Program-made: the position numbers and the translations under genes | Assembly (NCBI GenBank): GCA_043823745.1 | Contig: JBDRAN010000028.1 | Span: 3,116-67,115 of the forward strand | Length of the DNA: 64,000 nt | Direction of reading: 5' to 3' | From: Candidatus Omnitrophota bacterium | GTDB lineage: Bacteria; Omnitrophota; Gorgyraeia; Duberdicusellales; 4484-171 | Shown here: one piece after another, positions 30,486-39,375 of the stretch | Position numbering within the stretch: the stretch's first letter is position 1 | Layout: the number at the start of each line of letters is the position of its first letter | Notes under the pieces: generated by a model | Database searches by the model: none | Told to the model about the DNA's origin: nothing | The model's input: only the letters and a program-made list of their open reading frames with translations

Positions 30486-33446
30486 ATGTCAAATCTCATT
30501 CGTGTGCTCATTGTTGAAGATTCTGAAGATGATGCCTTACTGATTGTGCGCCATCTTAAAGCCGGCGGCTACGAGCCCCAGTGGCAGCGCGTGGACACCG
30601 TGTATGCGATGAGCGCCGCACTCGCCCAAGCCTGGGATGTGGCGATTATTGATTATTCTCTCCCGCAGTTAAACGGTATTGATGCGCTTGGCTTAATTAA
30701 GGAAACCGGCATCGACCTTCCGGCCATTATCGTTTCGGGTGTTTATGGCGAAGAGATAGCGGTTGAGGTAATGAAAGCAGGCGCTGCCGATTATGTTTTA
30801 AAAGAAAAACTTTCCCGCCTGGTTCCTGCCCTTAGCCGCGAATTGCAGCAAGCCAAAATACGAAAAGAACGTATTCATGCCCAAGAGAACTTCAACCGCG
30901 AAAAGCTTTTAAGTGAAAGTATTATCAATAATATTCCGGCCGGGGTTGCCTTTCTTGACAATAATTTTGTGCTGCGCCGCCATAACGTTGCCTACGCAAG
31001 CTTTCTGCGCCGCTATGCTCTCTATGCTCCGGAGCAGGCCATGGGGATGGCTTATTTTGATTATATGCCCGGCAGCAGGCCGCAGGTCGAAGAGTGGTTT
31101 GTCCGCGTCAGAGATTCGGGGTGCCCTGAAGTACGCTATAATTTTGAACTTTCCGTCGAGAAGAACGGAAAGAAGCAATTAACCTGGTGGGATACCAGTA
31201 TTGCGCCGGTGTTTGACGCCTATGGGGCGACTGAGGGCATTTTGCTTTTGACGCAGGATGTAACCGAGCGGGTGCAGATAACGCGGGATCGCGACCGGCT
31301 TTTTAATTTTTCCATCGATATGTTTTCTATTACCGGCTTCGACGGCTATTTCAAGGAAGTTAATCCCGCCTGGCAAAAGACTCTCGGTTTTACAAAAAAA
31401 GAATTATTAGCGAAACCCCTGATCCATTTTGTGTATCCGCTTGATCGGGCGGCAACGAAACTTGCCCTGGCGCAACTGCGCCAAGGGAGAGAAGTTGTTG
31501 GTTTTGATAGCCGGTTTTGTTGCAAAGACGGTACGTTTAAATGGATTTCCTGGAATGCGTTTCCTTTACCGGAGGAAAACGTTATTTTTTCTGTCGCGCG
31601 TGATATCTTGGTCCAGAAACTCGCGCATGAGTTATTGCAGCGCAGCGAAGCTCGCTACCGCACGTTGATTGAGCGGGCTACTGACGCCATATTCATGTAT
31701 ACTCGGCAAGGGAAAATCGTTGACGTTAACCCGGCCGCGCTTAAGAGTTTGGGGTATAGCCGTAAAGAATTGTTATCGATGTCTCTTTTTGATATTGAGG
31801 TTGATCGTAATCATACAACCATCCAAAGAATCATACGTAAGGCGTTGTCAGGGGCGCCGGTAATTTTTGAGGGGTGGTATCGGCGTAAAGATGGTTCGCG
31901 ATTTCCCGTTGAAATCAACATCGGTAGTTTTGAGGGTGACTGTGTTGGCGGCAAGGGGCTGATTGCTGTTGTTCGTGATGCGAGCGAGCGTAACCGTACG
32001 CAGGAAGCGCTTGCAGAGGCTCAACGTAAGCTTGTAACGTTGATGAGCAACCTCCCCGGTATGGCGTATCGTTGTCGTAACGATAAAAATTGGACCATGG
32101 AATTTGTCAGCCGGGGTTGCAAGGCGCTGACCGGATATAGCCCCGAGGCAATACTGGGAAATAGTGTTCTTTCCTATGCGGATATTATAGCGCCCCAATA
32201 CCGGGATTATGTGTGGAGTACGGTTCAGGAAGCTTTAAAGCTTCGAAAACCGTTCCAGCTTATTTACCGCATTAAAATCTCAAACGGAAAGATAAAATGG
32301 GTATGGGAGCAGGGTAGTGGTGTGTATGGCGAGAAAGGAGAACTTCAGGCATTAGAGGGTTTTATTACCGACATTTCTGATCGTAAGAACATGGAAGAAT
32401 CTTTACGTATTTCTGAGGAGCAGTACCGTCTTCTTTTTGAAAATAACCCGCATCCAATGTGGGTGGCCGATGCGAAGAGTTTCAGGTTTCTCGCGGTTAA
32501 TGACGCGGCCTTGCGTCACTATGGATATTCACGCCAGGAATTTCTTCGTATGGGCGCTGCGGATATCCGTCCCAAGGAAGATGTTTCCCGGTTTAACGAG
32601 TATCTAAAGGCAAAAAAGAACGATGCTGTTCGCACGTCAAGCCAGTGGCGCCACCGGAAACAAGACGGTACGGTTATTGATGTTGATGTGGCCTCGCATG
32701 CCATCGTATTTGCCGGGAAAAAAGCCCGTCTGGTGCTGGCCCAAGACATTACTGAGCGCAAACGGGTAGAAGTGATGCGTGAAGCGCTTATCCGTAATGT
32801 CTCTCATGAGCTGAAAACCCCTGTCGCGATGCTTTCGATGGTGCATGATATGGCTACGCGCGCAATAGCCGCCGGCGACATCGAACAGATTAAAAAAAGC
32901 TACAGCATTATGCATGAGTGTATTGTTCGTCTTAAAAAAGATATTTCTAATATTTTGCAAATCTCGGCTCTTGAGAAAATGAAAAAGAGTAAAACGCGCG
33001 CGTTATCGTTTGTGCGCATTGAATTACGCCGAATTATTGATAGAATGCCGTTGACGAAAAAGGGTATTTCTTTTTCCTGCACGATCCCTCCCGCAGCGGA
33101 TAAAATAGGTATTTCGGCGCATCACCTGCATACCCTTCTGTACAATCTTCTTGATAACGCGGTTAAATTTAGCACGGCAGGGAGTATAAAAATTCGGGGG
33201 CGGGGTGCCGGCAACAAGGTCATTCTTTACGTGCGGGATGCCGGTTGCGGCATGACGCGTGAGCAGCAGGGTAATGTATTCACCCGGTTTTTCAAGGCAC
33301 ATCCTTCCTTTTCGGGGACAGGATTGGGGCTTGCGATTTGCAAGGACATCGTAGATCTTTACGGTGGAAGCATTGCGGTTTCCTCAGCAGGGAAAAATAA
33401 GGGTACAACAGTGACGCTCGTGCTGCCACGGGCCCGGGGTCATTAA
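30486..33446 (+). CDS. Hybrid sensor histidine kinase (REC-multiple PAS-HisKA-HATPase)
   Basis: VLIVEDSEDD receiver, five PAS/PAC repeats, VSHELKTP, NLLDNAVKF, GTGLGLAIC. Confidence 0.93.
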   Translation: MSNLIRVLIVEDSEDDALLIVRHLKAGGYEPQWQRVDTVYAMSAALAQAWDVAIIDYSLPQLNGIDALGLIKETGIDLPAIIVSGVYGEEIAVEVMKAGAADYVLKEKLSRLVPALSRELQQAKIRKERIHAQENFNREKLLSESIINNIPAGVAFLDNNFVLRRHNVAYASFLRRYALYAPEQAMGMAYFDYMPGSRPQVEEWFVRVRDSGCPEVRYNFELSVEKNGKKQLTWWDTSIAPVFDAYGATEGILLLTQDVTERVQITRDRDRLFNFSIDMFSITGFDGYFKEVNPAWQKTLGFTKKELLAKPLIHFVYPLDRAATKLALAQLRQGREVVGFDSRFCCKDGTFKWISWNAFPLPEENVIFSVARDILVQKLAHELLQRSEARYRTLIERATDAIFMYTRQGKIVDVNPAALKSLGYSRKELLSMSLFDIEVDRNHTTIQRIIRKALSGAPVIFEGWYRRKDGSRFPVEINIGSFEGDCVGGKGLIAVVRDASERNRTQEALAEAQRKLVTLMSNLPGMAYRCRNDKNWTMEFVSRGCKALTGYSPEAILGNSVLSYADIIAPQYRDYVWSTVQEALKLRKPFQLIYRIKISNGKIKWVWEQGSGVYGEKGELQALEGFITDISDRKNMEESLRISEEQYRLLFENNPHPMWVADAKSFRFLAVNDAALRHYGYSRQEFLRMGAADIRPKEDVSRFNEYLKAKKNDAVRTSSQWRHRKQDGTVIDVDVASHAIVFAGKKARLVLAQDITERKRVEVMREALIRNVSHELKTPVAMLSMVHDMATRAIAAGDIEQIKKSYSIMHECIVRLKKDISNILQISALEKMKKSKTRALSFVRIELRRIIDRMPLTKKGISFSCTIPPAADKIGISAHHLHTLLYNLLDNAVKFSTAGSIKIRGRGAGNKVILYVRDAGCGMTREQQGNVFTRFFKAHPSFSGTGLGLAICKDIVDLYGGSIAVSSAGKNKGTTVTLVLPRARGH

Positions 33447-33454
33447 GGAGCGTT

Positions 33455-33820
33455 ATGAAGAATATTCTAATTGTTGATGACGAGCCGGCGATGCATGAGT
33501 TGTATCGGGACATGTTTTCGTTGGCCCAAGATCGGTATGATATCGAGATCCAGTTTGATGCAGCTGAGGCGCTGGTCCGCGCGCATCAGAAAAAGTTTGA
33601 CCTTATCATTCTTGATATTATCATGGAGCCGATGGCGGGAGATTCTCTGCTTGTGTACTTAAGAAAAGACAGCCAGACTAAAGATATACCGGTCCTTATC
33701 GCCAGCGCCTTAAACCCGGCAATATTGCGAACGTTGCAGACGATCAATCACCTTACAATTATCCAGAAGCCTTTTAAGGCGAAAGACCTTTTTGAGAATC
33801 TTGATAGAATATTGAATTAA
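33455..33820 (+). CDS. Stand-alone response regulator receiver
   Basis: ILIVDDE, LDIIME, KPF. Confidence 0.9.
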   Translation: MKNILIVDDEPAMHELYRDMFSLAQDRYDIEIQFDAAEALVRAHQKKFDLIILDIIMEPMAGDSLLVYLRKDSQTKDIPVLIASALNPAILRTLQTINHLTIIQKPFKAKDLFENLDRILN

Positions 33821-33877
33821 TGGGGAGAGATGGGCATCCGCATGCTTCGCAAGCTTAAGGCGCTCGTCGCAAGCAGG

Positions 33878-33950
33878 AAAATTACTAATGACTGAGCATA
33901 AATTACTAAATAAAAATATTTCGTAATTATAATTTAGTAATTAGTAATTT
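33878..33950. repeat. Family C heptamer hairpin element (AATTACT...AGTAATT)
   Basis: AATTACTAATGACT...AAATTACT arm versus TTAGTAATTAGTAATTT arm, related element at 39426-39497. Confidence 0.7.
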
Positions 33951-34018
33951 GTTTGGCGCCTTGACGCTTGACACAATGCGTAATGCGTTTTAGGCTATAG
34001 GTATACAGGAGGGCCGAG

Positions 34019-34747
34019 GTGTCGTATACGATCCTTTTGGTTGATGATGATAAAGAGTTCAGGTCGGTGTTTAAAAAATACCTGGAGGGGTACCGGATTA
34101 TTGAAACCGATAGCGGCGCTGCGGCGCTTGCTATCTTAAAGAAACCCAACGATATTGATTTGGTGATACTTGATGTGGTAATGCCCGGCCTGCAGGGGAT
34201 CGATGTGTTGCGGGAAATTCGCAAGGTAAACGAAAAGTTGAGCGTTATCATGCTGACCGCATATGGTTCTAAAGATGTAGCGGTCGAGGCGCTGCGCAGC
34301 CACGCCGACGATTTTATCGAGAAGGGTATGTCCATCAGTGAGATAGAGAGGGTTATCACCAGGGTTATGGAGGCTCATGGCATTTCCGCGGGCATTCATG
34401 GCAACGGCCTCGCTGCGAAAATCGAAAAAGCAAAACGGTATGCCGAAATAAACTGTTATAAAAAATTTTCTTTACGGGATGCTGCCGAGAGCGTATGTTT
34501 GAGCCCGAAATATTTAAGCCGCGTGTTTAAGGAGTATGCAGGTACCGGATTTAGCGCGTATCGCCTGGCTATAAAGATAAAGGAAGCTCGCCGCCTTCTT
34601 GCGCATGCGACTTGTAACGTGAGTCAGATTGCCGATAAGCTAGGATATAAAAATGTAGAATCTTTTATTCGTCAGTTCAAGAAAATGACCGGTACCACCC
34701 CTTCGGTGTTCCGCAAGAGTAAAATCAAAAAAACTAAGCGCTCATGA
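34019..34747 (+). CDS. Response regulator with C-terminal AraC HTH (YesN-like)
   Basis: REC (LDVVMPG) plus LSPKYLSRVFK...VSQIADKLGYKNVESFIRQFKKMTGTTP. Confidence 0.93.
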   Translation: MSYTILLVDDDKEFRSVFKKYLEGYRIIETDSGAAALAILKKPNDIDLVILDVVMPGLQGIDVLREIRKVNEKLSVIMLTAYGSKDVAVEALRSHADDFIEKGMSISEIERVITRVMEAHGISAGIHGNGLAAKIEKAKRYAEINCYKKFSLRDAAESVCLSPKYLSRVFKEYAGTGFSAYRLAIKIKEARRLLAHATCNVSQIADKLGYKNVESFIRQFKKMTGTTPSVFRKSKIKKTKRS

Positions 34748-34775
34748 CCGCGAACACAGGGACACGAACGAAAAT

Positions 34776-35047
34776 AAAAAATCCCAAATCTCAAACTCAA
34801 AACAAATTCCAATTATCAAAACTATCCGCCGAAGGCGAGACCTCGCCAGCTATCGCTGACGGGCAATGTTCTAAACGGGATCATTTTTTGTCAGGCCCTT
34901 CCTTTAGTCGGAACAGGGAAGCCTACCCTTTAGGGTTATTGGATAATTGGAGTTTGGAACTTATTTATGTTTTTCCGCCCCTTTGGGCGAGATCTCGCCT
35001 ATATACACTAATTAATGTGGCGGAGGTGCTTGCCATTTGGAATTTTT
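34776..35047. repeat. Composite intergenic element: degenerate AAATCCC/AAATCTC heptamer arms interrupted by REP-like double hairpins
   Basis: AAATCCCAAATCTCAAACTCAAA...TTGGAGTTTGGAA...TTTGGAATTT, with GGCGAGAYCTCGCC-core inserts at 34824 and 34974. Confidence 0.6.
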
Positions 35048-35171
35048 TACACCCCTCGTCCGAGCGTATGCGGCCGCACGTCGTCGGATAACGAGCTTGT
35101 ATCCTGACGTTTTGGTGTCTACCGCCTCACGCTCCCCAAAAGCTCGCTGCTGAGTGCTTAGAGATAGTAGA

Positions 35172-35230
35172 AAAAAGTCAATAAAAAGTGGAAAACCCCT
35201 CTTTACCGGTTATGGGTAAGTTAGTAATAT
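35172..35230 (+). promoter_or_regulatory. Second copy of the candidate activator box plus weak sigma70 promoter
   Basis: AAAAAGTCAATAAAAAGTGGAAAAC then TTTACC-17-TAATAT, same spacing as at 30334. Confidence 0.6.
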
Positions 35231-35272
35231 TTATATACTTAATTATAGTAGCGGATAGTGGTTACTGGAGAA

Positions 35273-35347
35273 AGTATTGAGTATCGAGTACAGAGCATTA
35301 AGTACGTAGTTCTAAAGCGCAACACTCAATACGCAATGCTCAATACG
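35273..35347 (+). repeat. Family B heptamer hairpin element, copy 2
   Basis: AGTATTGAGTATCGAGTACAG...CTCAATACGCAATGCTCAATACG. Confidence 0.75.
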
Positions 35348-35529
35348 AAAGCGGAATAGTTTGTGGCGTAAGGCTAACGTGGCGCGCAAGGCGCCATGTA
35401 TTCCAAAAAAATCCGTGGCTTGGGCTTTACGCCACCTGTCTTTATATAGAGATTCCAGAGATCAGGAAAAGATTACCTGTAATCATTTTTTTAATCGCTG
35501 TAATCTTGAGCAATATTCATTATACTAAA

Positions 35530-35712
35530 ATGGTACAAGTTCAATGTAAAAAATGTGGCGAGATACGCTTTACTGCCTATCCGCAGATATCGGTATGCGT
35601 TTGTGGCGGGAGATTTAAAGCTATTGATTTCGACCGCCAGGACAAGGAATGCCCTGCGGAGAAAAAATGCCAACACTTGATTGATTCCTTAGAGTACCTA
35701 CGGGAAACGTAA
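35530..35712 (+). CDS. Small Zn-ribbon-like protein
   Basis: MVQVQCKKCGEIRFTAYPQISVCVCGG (CxxC...CxCGG) plus two further Cys, weak RBS. Confidence 0.5.
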   Translation: MVQVQCKKCGEIRFTAYPQISVCVCGGRFKAIDFDRQDKECPAEKKCQHLIDSLEYLRET

Positions 35713-35822
35713 CACGTAGCCAACCGCTCCCGCGAGTGCAAAAATTCGCTTTCTTTTTGACGCAAGCGTGTATACAATAGAAATATTATATGACTCATGC
35801 GTGGCCGATGATGCGGTTCTTG

Positions 35823-35861
35823 AGGCAATTCTTTTCCTGTAGGGAGGGGTTGCCTTTTTTT
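35823..35861 (+). terminator. Intrinsic terminator 23 nt upstream of a response regulator gene (possible attenuator)
   Basis: AGGCAATTCTTTTCC-TGTA-GGGAGGGGTTGCCT followed by a T run. Confidence 0.7.
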
Positions 35862-35884
35862 ATTGATGGATATGTAATTGCGCA

Positions 35885-36262
35885 ATGAAGAAAACGATCC
35901 TCATAGTCGATGATGATCCGGCGATGCATGAAGTATATGGTGATATGTTTCGGCAATCAGACCGGTACCAGCTTGCGCGCGCCTATAGCGTCGAGGAGGC
36001 TTTGAAGGGATTGAAAACTCGGCGCATTGACCTGATACTGCTTGATATCATCATGGAACCGATACCGGGCTCCTATCTGTATCTTAAAGTAGCGCGGGAT
36101 AAAAAAATACAAAACGAGAAAATACCTATCATCGTCGTCAGCGTTCTTAAAGAACATGAGCTTGGCTCTTTGGGAAAACTCGACAACCTTATATTTTTTG
36201 CCAAGCCCTTTAAGAAAGAGGCGTTGATGGGGAAGATTGAGGAATTGTTGGGAAGCGATTAG
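35885..36262 (+). CDS. Stand-alone response regulator receiver (paralog of 33455)
   Basis: ILIVDDDPAMHEVYGDMF, LLDIIMEP, KPF. Confidence 0.9.
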   Translation: MKKTILIVDDDPAMHEVYGDMFRQSDRYQLARAYSVEEALKGLKTRRIDLILLDIIMEPIPGSYLYLKVARDKKIQNEKIPIIVVSVLKEHELGSLGKLDNLIFFAKPFKKEALMGKIEELLGSD

Positions 36263-36267
36263 CAAAA

Positions 36268-36363
36268 AGTATTGAGTATCGAGTATAGAGCATCGAGCAT
36301 TGAACAGGGAATAAAAAATGAGTATTTAATAAACTCAATACCCAATACTCACTGCACAATACG
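36268..36363 (+). repeat. Family B heptamer hairpin element, copy 3
   Basis: Five units, spacer CAGGGAATA..., AAACTCAATACCCAATACTC shared with copies 1 and 4. Confidence 0.8.
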
Positions 36364-36379
36364 TAATAAGGGGGGGAAT

Positions 36380-36745
36380 ATGCTTAAGAAAAAAATATTA
36401 GTTGTTGATGATGAACGTGATTTTCTTAATTTAATACGCATACGGCTTGAGTCAAGCAAATACGAAGTTATTACTGCTTGCGACGGCGTCGATGCGCTCT
36501 TAAAATTTGATGAATGCCCGCCGGACGCAGTCATGCTCGATATTCTCATGCCCAACATGGACGGCCTGGAAGTTTTAAAGAAAATAAGAGCCAAGGACAA
36601 AAATATCCCTATCTTCATCATTACCGCGTTTTCTAATGAGGAGCGACTGAAGCTTGCCAAGGAATTAAATGTTAACGGTTTCATGGATAAAACCGCCGAT
36701 TTAAAAACCGAAATAGAGCATGTGGCGGAAGCGCTCGGGAAATAG
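36380..36745 (+). CDS. Stand-alone response regulator receiver
   Basis: KILVVDDE, LDILMPNMDG. Start moved to ATG 36380 because the upstream extension is translated repeat. Confidence 0.9.
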   Translation: MLKKKILVVDDERDFLNLIRIRLESSKYEVITACDGVDALLKFDECPPDAVMLDILMPNMDGLEVLKKIRAKDKNIPIFIITAFSNEERLKLAKELNVNGFMDKTADLKTEIEHVAEALGK

Positions 36746-37252
36746 CGTAGAGCGGATAGCGTAGAGCGTAGAGGAAGAAAAATATACAGGAATAGCGCAA
36801 AAGGAAAGAAAATGGTAACAAAGAGCTTCAAAGATCTGATAGTTTGGCAGAAAGCATATGCTTTAACTATAGAGATTTATAAGGTGGCTAGTCATTTCCC
36901 TGCTGTTGAGTTGTATGGCTTGCGGCAACAGATGTGTCGTGCCGCAATATCCATACCGTCCAATATCGCTGAAGGATATGGCCGTTCGTATCGTAAGGAA
37001 TATTCACAATTTCTCTCTATAGCCTATGGGTCCTTGTGCGAGCTGGAAACGCAGTATTTATTAGCACTTGAATTTGGTTATCTCAAAAAAACCGAAACGA
37101 TTGAACTTTTAATAAAAGAAGTGGGAAGTATGCTTTATTGTATGATAAATCCCAGAAAATAGGAGAAAGCGGAGAGCGTAGAGAAAGAAGGAGCGTAGAA
37201 TTTTACATTATTTATTTTCCCCTCTACGCTATCCGCTCCACGCTCTACGCTA
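36743..37252 (+). mobile_element. Family A heptamer element carrying a four-helix-bundle gene
   Basis: 5' arm AGCGTAG AGCGGAT AGCGTAG AGCGTAG (36744-71), gene, repeated 5' arm (37168-82), spacer, 3' arm CTACGCT ATCCGCT CCACGCT CTACGCT (37224-51). Confidence 0.65.
36812..37162 (+). CDS. Four helix bundle protein (23S rRNA IVS protein / TIGR02436 family, Avd-like fold)
   Basis: SFKDLIVWQKA...FPAVELYGLRQQMCRAAISIPSNIAEGYGR...FLSIAYGSLCELETQ. Confidence 0.93.
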   Translation: MVTKSFKDLIVWQKAYALTIEIYKVASHFPAVELYGLRQQMCRAAISIPSNIAEGYGRSYRKEYSQFLSIAYGSLCELETQYLLALEFGYLKKTETIELLIKEVGSMLYCMINPRK

Positions 37253-37268
37253 GAAAAAAGGAGGATCA

Positions 37269-37658
37269 ATGGATGCCAAGAAAAAAGTTTTGATTATTGA
37301 CGATGAAGAAAATTTTACCAAAATCATCAAACTGAACCTTGAGGCAACGGGAAAATACGATGTCTTTGTCGAGAACGATTCAATCCGGGGCTTGAGCAGT
37401 GCAAAAAAAAATATGCCTGACGTGATACTACTCGATATTCTTATGCCTAAGATTGACGGGTTTGAGCTTTTGCGTGCACTTAAGAAAGATATGCCTACAA
37501 TCGCGATCCCGGTAATTATGCTTACCGCGGTAATGGCCGATGAAGCAAAGGCTATGGCCGCCCGGTTGTATGATGAGTCGTATATGGTGAAGCCGGTTGC
37601 CGCCGAGGTGCTTGAGAAAGAAATAGAGAGAGTGTTGGCGCGCCACAGTGGTAATTAG
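37269..37658 (+). CDS. Stand-alone response regulator receiver
   Basis: VLIIDDE, LLDILMPKIDG, VKP. Confidence 0.9.
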   Translation: MDAKKKVLIIDDEENFTKIIKLNLEATGKYDVFVENDSIRGLSSAKKNMPDVILLDILMPKIDGFELLRALKKDMPTIAIPVIMLTAVMADEAKAMAARLYDESYMVKPVAAEVLEKEIERVLARHSGN

Positions 37659-37664
37659 GTCCTT

Positions 37665-37813
37665 TCATCGTCTATTCTTCGTAGTCCGTTCCCTTCGGGG
37701 ATCCCCTGACGGGGAGGCTTCGCACGGCTCCGCACTCGTTAGTCGTCCGTGACGGAATACGAACGAGTGCATAGCCTGCCGCAGGGCACGGGATACGGAA
37801 GACGGTCGACGAG
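37665..37813. repeat. Degenerate TCGT/ACGA hairpin element with nested GCAC-ending mini-hairpins
   Basis: CCCTTCGGGG, CCCCTGACGGGGAGGCTTCGCACGGCTCCGCAC, and inverted GTGCATAGCCTGCCGCAGGGCA. Confidence 0.6.
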
Positions 37814-37843
37814 ATAATTATTTATTAAAGAAAGGAGCCTGCT

Positions 37844-39349
37844 ATGTTTGATTCCCAAAGTCTAAGCGCGCAACCCGAAATAATACATGTTTTACTTATT
37901 GAAGATAATCCCGGAGACGTGCGGTTGTTCAAAGAGTTGTTATCGGAGATTCCCGAGACCCCGTTTACCGTAGAATGCGTCAGCCGGCTCGGCGAGGCTT
38001 TAGCGCGCCTTGAAAAAAGGGGTATTGACGTCATTGTCGTTGATCTCGGCCTTCCTGATAGCAAGGGTATTGACACATTTAGGAGTATTTATACTACCGC
38101 GCCTCGCGTGCCGATCGTGGTTGTTACGGGAATGCATGGTCAAGCTTTGAGCGTTTTGGCTCAGGGCGCCCAGGATTATCTTATCAAAGGAAACGTCGAC
38201 GCTGCCATTATATCGCGGACATTGCGATATGCGATTGAGCGTAACAAGCTTAAAACCGCGTATGAGGATTTAGTGAATACGATCACGCATGAGTTGCGCA
38301 TCCCCCTTGGTATTGTACGGGAGGGGGTTTCCCAGATTTGCGATGGCCTGCACGGGGAGATATCCGAAAAAAGCAAAGAATTTCTGGTGCTGGCAATCCA
38401 CAATATCGACAGGCTCAAGCGGCTTATCGATAATCTTTTAGGTGTCGCCAAGCTCGATGCGGGAAAGGTGAAGTTACATAAGTCCATTTTTGATATAACC
38501 GAGCTGGCGCGCGAAATGAGCGCTATTTTTTCAACTCGTGTACAGGGGCGTGACGTGGAGTTGCGTTGTCGTTTTCCCGGCAGCGTCATTAACGTGTATG
38601 CCGATCGGGATAAGATCGTGGAAGTGTTTACCAACCTGATCGGAAACGCGCTTAAGTTTACCGAACGGGGCCTCATCGAGATTGTGCTTCTTGAGAAAGA
38701 GGATTATGTCGCCTGCGCGGTGCGTGATACCGGTTACGGTATTCCTGCGGAACACCTGCCGCATATCTTCGATAAATTTCAGCAATTCTCGCGTAAAGTA
38801 GCTTTCGGGGAAAAAGGTACCGGCCTTGGCCTTGCGATCGTGAAGGGTATTCTTGAGTTGCACGATGAAGCAATCGACGTAGAAAGCGCGATTGGAGCCG
38901 GCACAACGTTTACGTTTACGCTCCATAAGCATCTGGCGCAGCCGCCCTGCAAGGAGCACATTGATGCGTGCATTGCGCAGGCTGGGCTCAAAAACGTGTC
39001 TTTTTCTTTGATCGCGGTCTCGGGCATTAATCTGGAGACATTAAAACACGTTGCGACGCCGGAATCGGCAACGCAAATCATGACGCAGGTACACGCAATA
39101 TTTAAAAGTAGCCTGCGTCGTGCCGAGGATAGCGTTTTTGATTTAACGAGTGAGATACTCGTGCTTTTGATTGACTGTGACAAAGAGGGTGTTGGGGTGG
39201 TTAAGTCCCGGCTTGCCCAACAATTATTCAATTATCTGGCGAGCAACGGATTTTCTGATAGAATATATCTTAAATTTGGCTGTGTCACCTATCCCGATGA
39301 TGCGACCAGCCGGGAAGGGTTACTCGCTGCGGTAATATCGCAACTGTAG
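37844..39349 (+). CDS. REC-histidine kinase with degenerate C-terminal GGDEF-like domain
   Basis: LLIEDNPGD, ITHELRIP, NLIGNALKF, GTGLGL, then SLRRAEDSVFDLTSEILVLL...FGCVTYPDDA. Confidence 0.88.
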   Translation: MFDSQSLSAQPEIIHVLLIEDNPGDVRLFKELLSEIPETPFTVECVSRLGEALARLEKRGIDVIVVDLGLPDSKGIDTFRSIYTTAPRVPIVVVTGMHGQALSVLAQGAQDYLIKGNVDAAIISRTLRYAIERNKLKTAYEDLVNTITHELRIPLGIVREGVSQICDGLHGEISEKSKEFLVLAIHNIDRLKRLIDNLLGVAKLDAGKVKLHKSIFDITELAREMSAIFSTRVQGRDVELRCRFPGSVINVYADRDKIVEVFTNLIGNALKFTERGLIEIVLLEKEDYVACAVRDTGYGIPAEHLPHIFDKFQQFSRKVAFGEKGTGLGLAIVKGILELHDEAIDVESAIGAGTTFTFTLHKHLAQPPCKEHIDACIAQAGLKNVSFSLIAVSGINLETLKHVATPESATQIMTQVHAIFKSSLRRAEDSVFDLTSEILVLLIDCDKEGVGVVKSRLAQQLFNYLASNGFSDRIYLKFGCVTYPDDATSREGLLAAVISQL

Positions 39350-39375
39350 TAACGCAGGGTCGTAGGGTTCAATAC

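Noticed and set aside
30206-30511. Short ORFs on both strands, also 43536-43739, 21404-21628 and 57344-57661
   Set aside because: They are translations of repeat elements (VERGAFSVE, ALRYPLYA) or intergenic DNA.
34744-35091. 115-aa ORF
   Set aside because: It reads through repeat arms and REP-like hairpins (KNPKSQTQNKFQ is heptamer translation) and has no recognisable domain.
36272-36379. N-terminal extension of the receiver ORF
   Set aside because: It is the family B element; an RBS and ATG at 36380 give a normal receiver length.
36812-37162. Diversity-generating retroelement (Avd-like gene)
   Set aside because: No reverse transcriptase and no template/variable repeat pair seen in the window.
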